From Octopus vulgaris (lineage: Eukaryota): 64,000 nucleotides of DNA. Numbering within the stretch: the stretch's first letter is position 1; the number at the start of each line of letters is the position of its first letter. The stretch is from the NCBI GenBank assembly GCA_951406725.2, contig OX597816.1, forward strand, positions 138,198,001-138,262,000, given 5' to 3'. The notes beneath the pieces were generated by a model that saw only the letters and a program-made list of their open reading frames with translations, did not search any database and was not told where the DNA came from. This document shows, one piece after another, positions 14,282-28,883 of the stretch. The translations under genes and the position numbers were made by a program.

Positions 14282-14495
14282 TTGTGTATCTGTGTTTGTC
14301 CCCCTAGCATTGCTTGACAACCGATGCTGGTGTGTTTACGTCCCAGTCACTTAGCGGTTCGGCAAAAGAGACCGATAGAATCAGTACTGGGCTTACAAAG
14401 AATAAGTCCCGGGGTCGATTTGTTCGACTAAAGGCGGTGCTCCAGCATGGCCGCAGTCAAATGACTGAAACAAGTAAAAGAGAGAGAAAAGAGTA
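14081..14495 (+). mobile_element. SINE family B, full length and little diverged
   Basis: Same head, body and tail as 564-965, ending in aagagt-like tail repeats. Confidence 0.9.
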
Positions 14496-14679
14496 AAGAG
14501 ATGTAAGATCAGAAATTACTGGAAAAGGAACCACTTGAATTGATCTGATTCTTATTTGATTGATATTCTATTTTATCGAACCTGAAATGATAGAAAGTAA
14601 AGTTAATCTCACCAGGATTTGAACTCAGATGCTAAAGAACCAGAATAGATACCGCAAAACATTTTGACCAGCGCAACAG

Positions 14680-15294
14680 CAAGGGGGATTACTTTGGGTT
14701 ACTTTTTAAATTATTCTGCACTTAGCATTATTAATGTATTTTTTCAAAATTCTTACTATTTCAATAATAGGAAAAACCATATAATAATTAAAATAAGCGC
14801 GTAGATCAACCACCAAAGTAAATTTGCTCAGGTGCTCCTTTGCCGTGTGATCTACAAAGGAGATTACTTTAAAAATCATTTTGTACATAGCATTATAAAT
14901 GTATTTTTTCAAAACTCTTATTATTTTAATAATAAGAAAGCCATGCAATAATTAGAATAAGCGCGTAGATCACCCACCAGAGTAAATTTGCTCACGTAGA
15001 TCTAACGGAAAGTAGCACTAACAAAAAGTATACTAAAAGTGACCTAAAGAAATCTCCCTTTAAATTGTAGATCACACGCCAAAAGGGCATCTTCTTTTTT
15101 CTTAAGAAGTGATGTGAATTCAGTGTTTTTCTTATAAAAATGTTTTCTTGTAAAAATGCAACTGCTTTCGTTTCGTTGATGACAACCATGTAAAAATCTT
15201 TAGCCAACATCTTACGGGTTTTTAGAAATTGAAAAGTAAACTAAAAAGTAAACTAAAGTAATCTCCCTTGTAGATCACACGCCAAAGTAGCACC
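14680..15294 (-). mobile_element. Merlin/IS1595-like DNA transposon remnant with reiterated terminal units
   Basis: ggtgctcctttgccgtgtgatctacaaaggagattacttt (14831-14870) is inverted at 15255-15294. A ~170-bp unit is duplicated in tandem. Short ORF MLAKDFYMVVINETKAVAFLQE resembles Merlin transposase N-termini (recall). Confidence 0.5.
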
Positions 15295-15589
15295 ATTAAT
15301 TCTTTCGTATGAAAGTAGCGATGATGTACATTAATAGAAATATTTTCAACTGTATATCAAACCTTTCTGATAGAGAGTCAACGAGAGAGACAGAGAGGGG
15401 AGAGAGAGAGATTCACTACGCAGTAGGTCGATTTGTAGGAAATACCAACAAAGCGTTCCCAAGTCATAGCCCACTCTTGAAAATGGGAAGATCACATTTG
15501 ACCATATGTTTCTGGGTTCATACCACCACAACAATAACTAACTGAATGAATAAATAGGTAAATAGGTCACTGTTTCAACTTTTGTGGCC

Positions 15590-16235
15590 ATTATAGTCTC
15601 CGCCAATCTGCTCATTTCCACCCATATACATGCATGCTGAAAATCGTCCAATTTCCCAAACCAACGGCAAAAACACAACCTCCTTGGTGGGGTTTAAAAA
15701 AAATAACACAGCCATATGATTTTTTAAAAAATCCTTTAAAAACAAGAATCATCTGAAGCAGTTATAATACATTATGGATAACAACAAGCTAGTTTCACAG
15801 CGGCGGTGGAGGGAGCAAAGCCTGACATTTTTGAGTCGATCCCAATAGTCAAGGCTTGTCATGTCATCCTCCGCAGACCTCCGCCAAGCAGCTCATTTTA
15901 AGATAGATACGCGAATAAATTACTAATAGAGAAACGAAAATAAACTTTGAAAACAGCAACGTCACCTTAGGTTATGTGGAAACGATGAACGTGTTTTCAA
16001 GGGAGATAATCAAAGAACGTAACATTGTAACACTTCATGTAAAGTAAATATAACAAATGAAAAATCCTTCAAGAATCCATAATAATTCATCATCTGTTCC
16101 TTGTGACATTGCCAACTTTTCTTGTAAGTTTCATCAAATACCGTACACAACTGTTTGAGTTATTTTGCACACAGACAGACAGACGGACAAACCAACGCCG
16201 ATAGAAACATAATCTCCTTCCTTGGCGGAGGTAAT
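15590..16235 (+). mobile_element. Helentron-associated/HINE-like non-autonomous element(s)
   Basis: tctccgccaa near the 5' side and cttggcggaggtaat at the 3' end. Internal aagtttcatcaaat...gagttat and (CAGA)n are typical of such elements. Confidence 0.4.
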
Positions 16236-16891
16236 AATTCGGTCAGCTGGAGTCAGGATCTTATTTCTTCTTGAAAGCGAGACGAATTCAGAAATGACTG
16301 ACGAAATTAGACGTTTTTAATTTTCTAATTACATTCAATTAATTATTTTATTTATTTATTTTTACAATGCTTTTGACATTTGTAGAAGAGCTGAAGAAAA
16401 TATCCATAGACTAAAGACGTGGTCTAAAATTTTGCAATAGATTCCACTGCTGCTACTCAAGGGGTACAACATAGCATTAAGCCAGTTGGTTGACGGATTA
16501 GCTCTACAAGTGTTCTGAATTAGTCGCTTATACCGCATCAGAAGACGAAGTGAATGTGTTGTAACACGGAGGAGAAAGCATGTAGCAATTTCTTATCAAC
16601 AACAGCCGACCTCCCTACATGTAATTCATCATTTATATAATACATAATTTATCAATATATGATTTATCATTTTTTATTTTTATTTCTATTTTTCTTTGTC
16701 TCAGTACCTATTGAAAAACTAAATCAGCTGTGTAGGGGTTACATATGGAGCAATGACATTCAAAATACAAAAAAAGCAACATAAAACATAACCACTTCTA
16801 ATGTCTGCATGAATAAAATTTTCTTGCATGAATTTCTAGAACGCCTCGAGTACTTTAGAGAGTGAGACTACTACTACTACTACTACTACTA

Positions 16892-16962
<71 letters not shown>

Positions 16963-16982
16963 GCTGCTGTTGCTGCTACAAC

Positions 16983-17014
<32 letters not shown>

Positions 17015-17036
17015 ATACTGCTGCTGCTATTATTAT

Positions 17037-17749
17037 ATGAAAACTCAGCTTATTTTGCTGGATATGATGGAAAGTGTTAGCCGTCCACAGCCAGCAGACT
17101 AAAGTGATACTTGTTTACTGGTCATGCTTCAAGAACCCTGTGGACAATTCTTGCAGTTCCAAGCAATGCTGATTTTTGTAGGTGTTCTACCTTCCCCCTT
17201 GCACCGATCTTTTTAGCCATGTTGGTAGTTGAGTGTTCATATTTCTAAGTGCACCAATTACTATTGGTATCACGTCTACTCCCTTCATTGACCACAACCT
17301 TTGTATTTCCCAATTCAAATTATCATAATTTATTATTTTTTTCTTCTTCTTTCACATTAGCCCTGCTGTCATCAGGGAATGCTATGTCGATTATCATATA
17401 TGTTCTTTTATTTTTTATTCATCACAACAATGTCCAGTTTCCGATATCTTGTCGGGTGATCGCACTGGATCATTGCATACCACAGGATTTTGTAGTTCTC
17501 ATTTTCGGTAACTCCTTCTGGAGTTCGTTCATACCACGTCTTTTCCACATAGCTCCGAATGGATCATTTTTCCTACATTATCATGGTGTCTTTTGTATTA
17601 GCGTTGTGCCTATTTCGGGCATTCGCTAACGATGTGCCATACCGTCTCAGCTCTCTCACTACACATTCTGTATTTGTCGTTATCAATAGTGTTGTCTATT
17701 CTGCACTTCATATAGTTGGTCCTATTCTACATGTCATATAGTTTGTGCA
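17037..17749 (-). mobile_element. R4/Dong-type non-LTR retrotransposon 3' fragment (copy A)
   Basis: Minus-strand ILWYAMIQCDH..KLDIVV and VEHLQKSALLGTARIVHRVL (restriction-like endonuclease tail). The 3' end abuts a TAA/TAG tract. Confidence 0.75.
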
Positions 17750-17760
17750 TTATTATTATT

Positions 17761-18315
17761 GAGTGAGAGAGCAGTGTATGCCATCAAAGTGACACTGGGG
17801 TAAAATATACGAAGCCCAATATACACATCATGATTACCTATCTGATAAGAGTACACCAAGCACATGCATCACAACCATATGTGCGCGACATGGTGATCTC
17901 ATATCAAGATAAACAGCGCATGACCTTGCAGGTGGAGCCCAGTTAGAATTTTTTCAAGCCGAGTAGTCCATCCGGCTCAAAAGGTCCCTGAATAAGGGTC
18001 AGTTAAGGCTGTTTAACGAAACACCCATGTTTCCAAAGGTGAATTATTCAAACCCCAAAGAATCCCTCTCAACACATGGCTATGATGCTCCCCCACTACT
18101 TCTGCTCGTGATCAGAGATGCACATATCGTCATCCACTAAGGGACATGCTTAACTGTTTACAGTCAAGCAACTGACAAGCGAATCTGCGATATTGGGCAG
18201 AATATTTGCTGTAGCCCACCTTTTATAACCAAGACAAAACAATGTACATGATAACACTTCCAATCACTTAAAATCAGAAGCCATGCGAGCCATTGTCTGG
18301 TACTGCGTCAGGGCA
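17761..18315 (-). mobile_element. ~555-bp non-coding TAA-associated element, copy 1
   Basis: Colinear with 20764-21319 and 62996-63551, with the same two ends. Flanked by TTA repeats. Confidence 0.9.
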
Positions 18316-18338
18316 ATTCTTTATTGTTGTTGTTGTTG

Positions 18339-18411
<73 letters not shown>

Positions 18412-18412
18412 T

Positions 18413-18626
18413 AAGGCGGTGAGCTGGCAGAATCGTTAGCACGCTGGGCAAAATTCTTAGCAGTATGTCGCCCGTCGCTACGTACTGAGTTGAAATTCCA
18501 CCGAGGTCGACTTTGCTTTTCATCCTTTCGGGCTCGATAAATTAAGTACCAGTGAAACACTGAGGTCAATGTAATCGACACATCCCCTCCTCCACCATTT
18601 CAGACCTTGTGCCTATAGTAGAAAGG

Positions 18627-18628
<2 letters not shown>
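18413..18628 (+). mobile_element. SINE family A
   Basis: aaggcggtgagctggcagaatcgttagcacg...gtcgactttgcttttcatcctttcgggctcgataaattaagtacc, with an (ATT)n tail. Confidence 0.85.
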
Positions 18629-18713
<85 letters not shown>

Positions 18714-18715
<2 letters not shown>

Positions 18716-20660
18716 TACATAATTTCCTTAAGATGTGCGCTGTGCCCAATAAGGCTTCTTTTTGCCAGACATCAATCTTACATGAGATTTCCAGTTGCCT
18801 AAAGAAGTTTTGAAGTTTCAATGGGATTGAGCCCAACGTTCCTGTTACCACTGGTATCAATTTTAAATTATCTTTTCGCATTCCATACAGTCTTGCCATT
18901 TCCACTTTCAATTCGGAGTACTTGGTGATTTTTTCAACCTCTTTACTCACAATATTCCTGTCATTTGGTATGGCTACATCAAAGATCTGACAGGATTTGT
19001 CTTTCTTACTCAATATGGCAATATCCGGCCGACGGTGTTCGATTACATAATCCGTCTGAAAATCATAGTCCCAGAGTATCATTATTTATCCGTCCTCCTG
19101 CATAACTTTACTTGGTACATGCGCATACCAGTTCTCTGTTACTTCATATCGGTATTTACGGCATAAGAGCCAATGAAGATACACACACAATTTATCGCGG
19201 CGGTGCTTGTATTCTTTTTGTGCAAGGCTGTCACATCCACTTACCGAGTGGGTCACATTTTCCACACCATTTCCACAGAGTCTGCATTTTTGAGTGTCAG
19301 AAGTTTTATAGATGTTATACTTCACTGAATTGGTAGCGAGAGCCTGGTCTTGTGCAGCAATGATCAGGCTTTCGATGGTACGCTTTAAATCATCTCGCTC
19401 AAGCCATGACCATGATGCTGTATTATCCTTAACGTCTTGTGTATTCCTTTCAAACTGACCATGCATATTCATTTCAAGAAGGTCTTCTTTTCTTTTCTCT
19501 TCTCCTCAGCTCTTTTGTTAAACTCTTCCTTGCCCATCGTTTCATCTGCATTTACACCCATATCTTTCGCGGCATATTGCAGCAGATCTTCATCACTATT
19601 TATCAAATACTCGGCAAGCGTTCTCCTTTCACTCCTTATACAATAGTCTATATTAATTAGTCCTCTACCATCATTCTTTCTTTTCATATAGTCTCTTTAC
19701 GTTTGCTTTAGAGTGTAGCACCCCATGCAGCGTTATCCACTTTCTCGTTCTTCTATCTAGTGTTGATATTTCCTCCTTAGTCCATTTGAAGATGGGCGCA
19801 CCATATCTGACAAACTGCAACTACCCAGATATTCATTGTGGTAATCAAATTTTTGGCATTCCGGTTGGATTTCAACACCATCTTCACCCTTTTTTGATAC
19901 GCCTCGCTGATCTTGACTTTCATTTCTCTGTGTAGAATGTCATCCAGCTCCAAAATCCTTAAATATCTAAACTCATTACCGTCAGGTTCATCCACGGTCT
20001 ATCCTGATGGTAACCACAATCCTCTGCGGGCTGCTTTCTTCCCTCTATTCATATTAAGTACTGAGCATTTAGTAATCCTAAATTCCATACCGATGTTCCT
20101 ACCACACTTCTGGACTGTTTTGGTTAAGGAAACTATCTGTTTTTCAGATTTCTCAAACAATTTCAGGTCACCCATAAACAGATGGTTCAATGATGGGCCT
20201 TTCTTCCCACATCGGTAACTCATCTTAACCTCCCTAAGTGTCATTGTTGTGGGTATTAGTGCAATTACGAATAGTAACGGAGAAAACGCGGTCACCTAGG
20301 AAGATTCACCTTTTAATATTAACTTCTCTAAGGAATACATTACTTGAGTACAATTTGGTTTTCCACTCTTTCATACTATGCATTAGAAAATTTGTGATGT
20401 TGTCAGCAACACCAAACACCTGCAGACATTCAACGATCCAAGAATAAGCCATCATTTCATATGCCTTTTTAAAGTCAATGCAAGTCATAGACATGTTTGT
20501 ATGATGTCTTTTACAATGCCTCAAAACTTTTATCGATGACCAGGTGATCATTGGTACTATAGGAACTCCTCCTACATCTTTTTTGTTCCCTTGACAGTAT
20601 TTCTACCTGTGCTAGGAAAGTATGTCTTTGCCGTACATATTCCAGTGAGTATCTTCCAGA
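18714..20660 (-). mobile_element. R4/Dong-type non-LTR retrotransposon (RT + CCHC + restriction-like endonuclease), 5'-truncated pseudogene (copy B)
   Basis: IDFKKAYEM, FSPLLFVIAL and HLFMGDLKL (RT); CRLCGNGVENVTHSVSGC (CCHC); RRPDIAIL...IFDVAIP...KITKY (PD..D/K nuclease). The 3' end runs into (TAA)n. Confidence 0.92.
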
Positions 20661-20677
20661 TTATGTTGTTGTTGTCG

Positions 20678-20735
<58 letters not shown>

Positions 20736-20763
20736 TATCATCATTATCATTATTATTATTATT

Positions 20764-21795
<1,032 letters not shown>

Positions 21796-23150
21796 ACTAT
21801 ATGTTTGGCCTTTGCTTTGTGTCTATACAAGTTGACTCCAAGTCCCACCCAGAGGCCTCAAGAGACAACAATTTAGAAGTTCAAGCCGATGTTATGACTA
21901 GGGTGCCATAATTTTGGTTTTGCACAGAGTATTGGTCTAAAGGATGTCTGTCAAAACATAATTAAATTAGAAGTTTGTTTTAAAAGTTATTTGATTGTAA
22001 GATGATAGTCTGATGTTATGATGACAGTAAAAGGAATTTGATATTTATACATTTAAAAGTATTTTGACATTGTTTAGAGATTAAAATGTTTTGGGGATTA
22101 CATAGACATATATTTCCTGGTATCTAAGATAGATAGTAATCATCCCCTTTTACTATCATTTCCAGTGTACCTATGATAACAGGTATTGTTTTAGTTTTGA
22201 GGTTTCACATTTTGCCAGTTTCTATTTCAAGATTCTTATAGTTGCTCGGTTTTTGATAGGTCTCGACAGATACATTTATGTCGATTGAGACAGTCATATC
22301 AATGAGGATTCCTGATTTTGTATGAAATCCTTCAATATAATGTCTGGACTATTTTCATCTATCTGTCATATTTAGCAGTAAAGTTCCAGAGAAGTGAGAG
22401 GTGATCCTTTTCAAGCACTGGAGGTGGTTTGTGCTTCCGCCAGTTTTTATCATGGTGCATGTCCAAGTCTTTGCAAATTACCCAGTGAATATACTATGAC
22501 TGTTGAGATACTCTATAAGCGCAAGAAGGCTTCATATGGAGACAACATGATAGAAGGTTTCATTTTGTTGTTTACATGCACGATATGTTGGGCTACTACC
22601 TTTTCTTAAGGTTTTGGCCTGGTATGTTCTTGTAGGCAGGCACTGATCTTGGGTTGCTTTGATAAACCCTTCTGTTTCTGATTTTAATCCAGAAGACACT
22701 AACCATAGATGGATAAGGACTTGGTCGGCATCAGCATTAATAGCCCTGTTAAGGTATTTTGCCATTGAGAGTTTTTTCTCGCCATTTATCAGTAAGAATA
22801 TCTAAGGCAGCAGTTTTGAGCAAGGGTTTCCATACGCTTAGCTTTTTCTGTGCTTGTTTCCAGTACGTCGAATTCTGAAAGTTGTTGTATTTGGAATTCA
22901 CTTAGATATTTCTTTGCCTGTGTTGTTTCTGAGTATGAGTTTCTTTTTTGTTCACATGCTTTAAGACAAGTTTTAGTATCCGATCATCAGAATTTTTCAG
23001 GTGAGTGTTTAGACCAATTGTGGCAGTCTTCATTGTCAATTCGAGTTGTAAAAGTTCACGGCCACCCTCTTTTCCTGGCAGGTAACTTTTCTATAATATT
23101 AATGGTCGAACTCCAAAACTCTTGCATTTAGATCAACTGTTCATTTGTAG
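21796..23150 (-). mobile_element. R4/Dong-type retrotransposon 3' fragment with 3' UTR (copy C, different subfamily)
   Basis: WLVSSGLKSETEGFIKATQDQCLPTR, a decayed CCHC, and NYKNLEIE..NLKTKTIPVIIGTL. The 3' end abuts (TAA)n. Confidence 0.8.
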
Positions 23151-23840
23151 CATCCGTACAAGCCATACTCCAGTCTTTTTTATGACAGAACTACACCTGA
23201 GACTCTCTAGAACGGGGGGCAGGGAAATTTTTATGCCAAAATATATTTATTTATACTGATATTACCCCATTAATTCGAAAGGAAGAAAATCATGATTGTT
23301 TGGAATCAAAAGGTTTATTATATCTATTTATATGGCGAATACAATTATAGATATAAAGAGCTTAAAACTAATGCGACAAAATAAATTAATATCCTCGTTG
23401 TGAGACAAAAGGATTTTTCTAGAAACTTTTCCACTTCAGGTTTAGGAGAAATTAAGTTGTTTCATTTTTGTTACAATTACATCAAAATTGTAGTATTTGG
23501 ATACAGTCTTCGGGGTCCTATCAATTTTGTTAAATCTACTTAAACAATATAAAAACACGTATGTCAAAGAATACGGTTAAGACTGGTAATAGACAACTGA
23601 CAAATAATATGTTTAGTCACTTGACAACGCCTTAGCAACCAAATTGTTTGTAGTTGAAAATGGCGTAACGTCTCCTAAACACGTCCATTACAGATACAGT
23701 GTTGCCAGAAAAAAATTCCTATCGTAACAAGGAACACGTTTTTTTATATAATTTTACGTGTGTTTAATGAGTCCTTATTACCTCTAAGAATTTCTTTTTA
23801 CTCCAGTTGGGATAATTTACCCTGGTTCACCGACCCTTAC

Positions 23841-23921
23841 TCTAGATCAAAGATTGAAATACAGAGTCGTTTCAAAAGTTGCACAGTATCAGCTTCCTGT
23901 TTCACACGTGTTCTCAATAAT
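23841..23921 (-). CDS. Candidate 81-nt symmetric (phase 2-2) exon of an unidentified host gene
   Basis: ttttgcag acceptor, gtaagg donor and open frame LLRTRVKQEADTVQLLKRLCISIFDL, in a repeat-free island. Confidence 0.35.
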
Positions 23922-24049
23922 CTGCAAAACTGACAGATGCCTCTTACGAACATACATACATGCATACATATATAATCAAATATACATTTAATTATATATT
24001 TAAGCACATACAAGCATACCGATTATATATACATATATATATATGTGTG

Positions 24050-24109
<60 letters not shown>

Positions 24110-24377
24110 TATGTATGTATATGTATGTTAAATGATAATGGGGATTTGTGGAGAAGCCACAAGTGATAAAACTTCAGTTTTTATAATTAATTACTTATGA
24201 CAAACTGCATTTAAAAGGGGATAATTGAATCAAATATGTATTTCTCTATATCAGTTAATAAATAATGAAATATAATGCAATTATGCTTTGTACTTTGTAT
24301 CTAAAATAGAATCCTTTTACATTTTATTTTTCAGTTTTGTCATTCACTTCTGTAAACATTTATTGAATATAAAAATT

Positions 24378-24578
24378 GATTTCAAATTTTGGCACAAGAC
24401 CAGAAATTTTAGGTGAGGGGAGAGTCGATAAGTTCGACTCCAGAATTCAATTTTATCGACCCCGAGAGGATGAAAAGTAAAGTGGATCCCCGGCTGAATT
24501 TGAACTTAGACCATCAAGACAAAATACCGCTAATCATTTTTTCTGGCGTGTTAACGACTCTGCCAGTTCGTCGCCTTA
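24378..24578 (-). mobile_element. SINE family A, decayed
   Basis: tttatcgaccccgagaggatgaaaagtaaagt...ctgccagttcgtcgcctt. Further decayed copies at about 13240-13335, 14560-14680, 29960-30120 and 56870-56960. Confidence 0.7.
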
Positions 24579-25154
24579 AATAACTTCGTAATATTACAAC
24601 ATATTACATGAGATTTATGCGCATTTCCTCAGACAAATATTCAAAAGTAATACTTCAAAAGTATGTTGTAATATCACAAAAATCATTTATAATTATATTC
24701 ATATTAATATTTATATTCGTAAAAAGCATGTACGAAGTGGTATTGAAACGCACGCAACTAAAGAAATAAATATTATACCAATATAAAACGCTCTTGGATT
24801 TAATGTATTATATTCTGTGACTAATTTAGTAGCTCAATAGTTTCTTTTTCTTTGAGGTAAACTGTTTACTTATATACACTCTGTAAGCCGATATTCGCTG
24901 GAGTGATTACTGAGGATGAAGCGCCGATTTATTAATCTTGTTTTATCATGCATGTATATGAGTACGCGCGCGTGTGTGTGACTATACACGATTAATGCAT
25001 GTCCAATTAAATTGTTCGTCTCAGTTCAGTATTCAGTGTAACTAAGCGGCTTGTCAAGGTTTTAACAAATTACAAATATGGTAGAAGTATCTAGCAACAA
25101 ATTGCTTTTCATGCGCATGTCAGAGAGAAGGACAAACAAAGAAAGGGAAAGGGA

Positions 25155-25196
<42 letters not shown>

Positions 25197-25588
25197 TAGA
25201 CAGACTGAGAGAAGTGACATGTTACCAATTATATCAGTAGGTATATAAATTAGTCGATTGAAACTATGTGTTATTAATTATGAGTGTCTGCGAATGAACT
25301 CTTGTTCAGACAACAGAAGTTCAATAAGTCGGAGAAAAAAAAAAAAAGAATCAAAAATATTGTATACAAGACAGCGGGGAAAAAGCGTACTCGTTGCTAA
25401 CAAATCTGTAACTTTAATTTTCCCGTCCTACCGCTCAAATATATTTCCAAGAATTCCGCTGTACATCAGCGATAGTAAAGCTAGGCTTTATACAACCATA
25501 TGGACGTGTATGTTTATTCCCGCCATCAAATATACAAACGCACGCATGCACACTCACACACACACAGACACATACATACATACATACA

Positions 25589-25619
<31 letters not shown>

Positions 25620-26106
25620 GTATGAATTTTCTTTGGGCCTTATTTAAGTTCTTGAGTGAATTCAAGCCAGTCACTAACAAAGCTACAAGACTTTTGGGGT
25701 TAAGAGAATTCCCGATGTTTGCAAATATGTGGCTGAGATGGTGTGTTGGTTGAGCGGTCAACACATCCGCTTAAGTGCTTGCATATATTCACATAAGTAT
25801 CTCAGATGGAGAAATTTTGGAATGCTTTACAAATCTTCACTGTGCCTCTAACAGATTGGATTTGGAGAATTCGCGGCAGTCTATTTTGCTCTTTCACCTT
25901 GAAACCGAGTATTGCTAATATTTTGTGCAAATTTGGTGCATAACCTAATGAACCTAACAACTTAATGTATGCATGTACGTATGTATGTATGTATGTATGT
26001 ATGTATGTATGTATGTATGTATGTATGTATGTATGTATGTATGTTTGTATGTATGTATGTATGTATGTATGTATGTATGTATGTATGTATGTATGTTTCT
26101 ATGTCA

Positions 26107-27190
26107 TTATTCAGATTTATTTCAGGATTTCTTGCCAATAGAGAAAGGGTTGGGTTTTAACCTAGATCCGAGTCTCCTTCATTGGAATTTCAACAACATT
26201 GACAAAGTATTTATATATGTATGTATGTGTGTATGTATGTACGTATGTATGCGTGTATGTTTGTATACATGCAGATTTGTATGTTTCATTTCCTGTATGT
26301 AATCTCATGCATATAGCTGCTTGTTTAGACATGCTCATATATACTTAAATGAGAAACTTGTTGCATATCTAGACATGCTCATATATATTTATATGATAAA
26401 CTTCTGAAAAGTTTTACAGAATTTCACAGTTCCAGTGATGGATTGAATCTGTAGTCTTCGAATTAGCTTTCTCCTTTTTTGGTTTTGAGAAGGCTAATTT
26501 CTCAATATTGGTATTTAGGCAGTGTGCTTCATATCTCAGGGCTCCAATACTTACAGGTATAAACCTGAACTTGTAATCTGGATACAGTAACTGCAGATTT
26601 CTCAATAGATCAGCATAGGTGTTCTCTTTTTCACTGATCTTCACCTTTATGATAACATCCGTTGGGCAGCTAATTTCCACAACTGTGCACAGTTTCTCTT
26701 CCTTATCCCAAATCATTATGTCAAGTTTGTTGTGCTTACATTTTATTGAGGTCTTCACTGGTACATTCCACCAGTATTCTTTTTCATTATGAGAGGCCAC
26801 GGTTTCTACCCTATTGTGGGTTTTTATTTCTGTGTCCTTGGGCTTTTCCTTCCGATTTCATTATAGTTGGTTGATATTTTCTGTTCCTGGATTGCAAACG
26901 CATACCCTTCAAAGTAGGAGTAATCCGGCTTTTGGTCCATGATAAACTACTCTGATGATCAATGTTACTATGGTCACGGAGCATTCTACTAACACATCCA
27001 TGCATAGTCTTCTGCTCATATAGGCTCGTCCTTTCATCCAATGATACGTTGCGGTAGAGTCGTGCGACTTCTTTGGGCATGTATTCTAGGTTATCGGACA
27101 AAGTGTGTTGCTCTAGGAGCTGCCTTCCGAGTCTTATGATGTTATCAGCCTCATCTATGCAAACTTGGTCAAGGGAGGCATATATACATA
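26107..27190 (-). mobile_element. R4/Dong-type retrotransposon 3' fragment (copy D)
   Basis: WWNVPVKTSIKCKHNKLDIMIWD..CTVVEISCP..EKENTY..FIPVSIGAL nuclease domain, with a TMHG motif upstream. Confidence 0.82.
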
Positions 27191-27548
27191 ACTCGAAGCG
27201 ACAAGTCGCGTATTTGGCGTGGGAGACTATTTATCGAATATACTATGAATACTATCTCCAACTTTGGAGCCACATCTATCAGCCTTGTTAAATAACTGGT
27301 TAATCTTCAGATGAATTGACAGAGGGAGCCTTTTATTCATGATCGTCGTGATTTTCGTCTGAAACTTGAATTTAGCTTGCGGAGAGTAACTACAAACAAC
27401 ATGGCTGGATACAACATCAACACCAATACAATCGAAGAACAGAACGAAAACAACAACTCAACAGGTAAATAAATTCTTTCTACCTGTAATTATAGAAGAA
27501 ACCGTAACTACAAAACTCATTTCTCTTGGAGTTAAGAATTGAATAATG

Positions 27549-27934
27549 TGGAAGCACTCCGTCGGTTACGACGACGAGGGTTCCGGTTGATCCGAATCAA
27601 CGGAACAGCCTGCTCGTGAAATTAACGTGTAAGTGGCTGAGCACTCTACAGACACGTGTACTCTTAACGTAGTTCTCGGGGGATATTCAGCGTGACACAG
27701 AGAGTGTCAAGGCCGGCCCTTTGAAATACAGGTACAACAGAAACAGGAAGTAAGAGTGAGAGAAAGTTGTAGTGAAAGAGTACAGCAGGGATCACCACCA
27801 TCCCTTGCTGGAGCCTTGTGGAGCTTTAGGCGTTTTCGCTCAATAAACACTCACAACGCCCGGTCTGGGAATCGAAACCGCGATCCTATGACCGCGAGTC
27901 CGCTGCCCTAACCACTGGGCCATTGCGCCTCCAC
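27549..27934 (-). mobile_element. Full-length tRNA-derived SINE (family D) with 11-bp TSD
   Basis: Minus-strand head tggaggcgcaatggcccagtggttagggcagcggactcgcggtcataggatcgcggtttcgattccc (A and B boxes). TSD attgaataatg at 27538-27548 and 27935-27945. Confidence 0.9.
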
Positions 27935-27962
27935 ATTGAATAATGATCTATTTATCTGCTAC

Positions 27963-27993
<31 letters not shown>

Positions 27994-28451
27994 TGTATGT
28001 ATGTATGTATGTATGTATGTATGTATGTATGTATGTGTGGTTTTACCACCTTATTGAATCGCTGTTTTTCTGAAAGAGATTTTACCGAGTGAAATACAAG
28101 CGTTTCATGTGACTTCAGTTCCCCTCCACCAATGAAATATACTCTATATCATTTATTGAGTACTTTTCATATGTTTTCATATCTCTCTCAAAATCTCTCT
28201 TACTCCCTCTCTCTCTCCTTCTCTTTCCATATATATATATGTGTGTGTGTGTGTATGTGTATATGTATGCGTGTGTGTGCGTGTTTGTGCGTGTGAGTGG
28301 TACGCGCACGCGTGTGTATGTGTGCATGTGAGTGCGCGTGAGTGTGTGTACGTATCGGTATTTATTGCTTTATTTCTTTATTTCCCTTCTACTTATGTTT
28401 CAACTATATCTCATTATTTTCATATGGCTTTCACACACATACACACTCACA

Positions 28452-28516
<65 letters not shown>

Positions 28517-28883
28517 GAAGGGTAAGTGAGTGAAAGAAATTTGACTCTAATTAGATAGAATAATAATTCAGAAACGTATTTTGTAAAGCATTTATGAAAA
28601 TTATATATTTTTCACACCCTCATTAATACTCCCTATCTGTACTTATAACCTTCCCACGTCATCTTCCTATTTAATAATATATCTTCTATATCACCCTTTA
28701 TGTATCTCACCATTCTTTTCTATTCCCTCTTTCATATTTTCTTAATAAATGGGGATATAAATTGACTGAGGGAGCCTTTTATTCATGATCGTAGTGATTT
28801 TCGACTGAAACTTGAATTTAGCGTGCGGAGAGTTGCTACAAACAACATGGCTGAACACAACATCAGCACCAACTATTCAGGCC

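Noticed and set aside
23615-23710. Promoter-like motifs (ttagcaac X-box half site, aaaatggcg YY1-like)
   Set aside because: Short motifs expected by chance, the ATG is followed almost immediately by a stop, and there is no other support.
27860-27934. tRNA gene
   Set aside because: The tRNA-like sequence is the head of a TSD-flanked SINE. The same applies to the other A/B-box segments.
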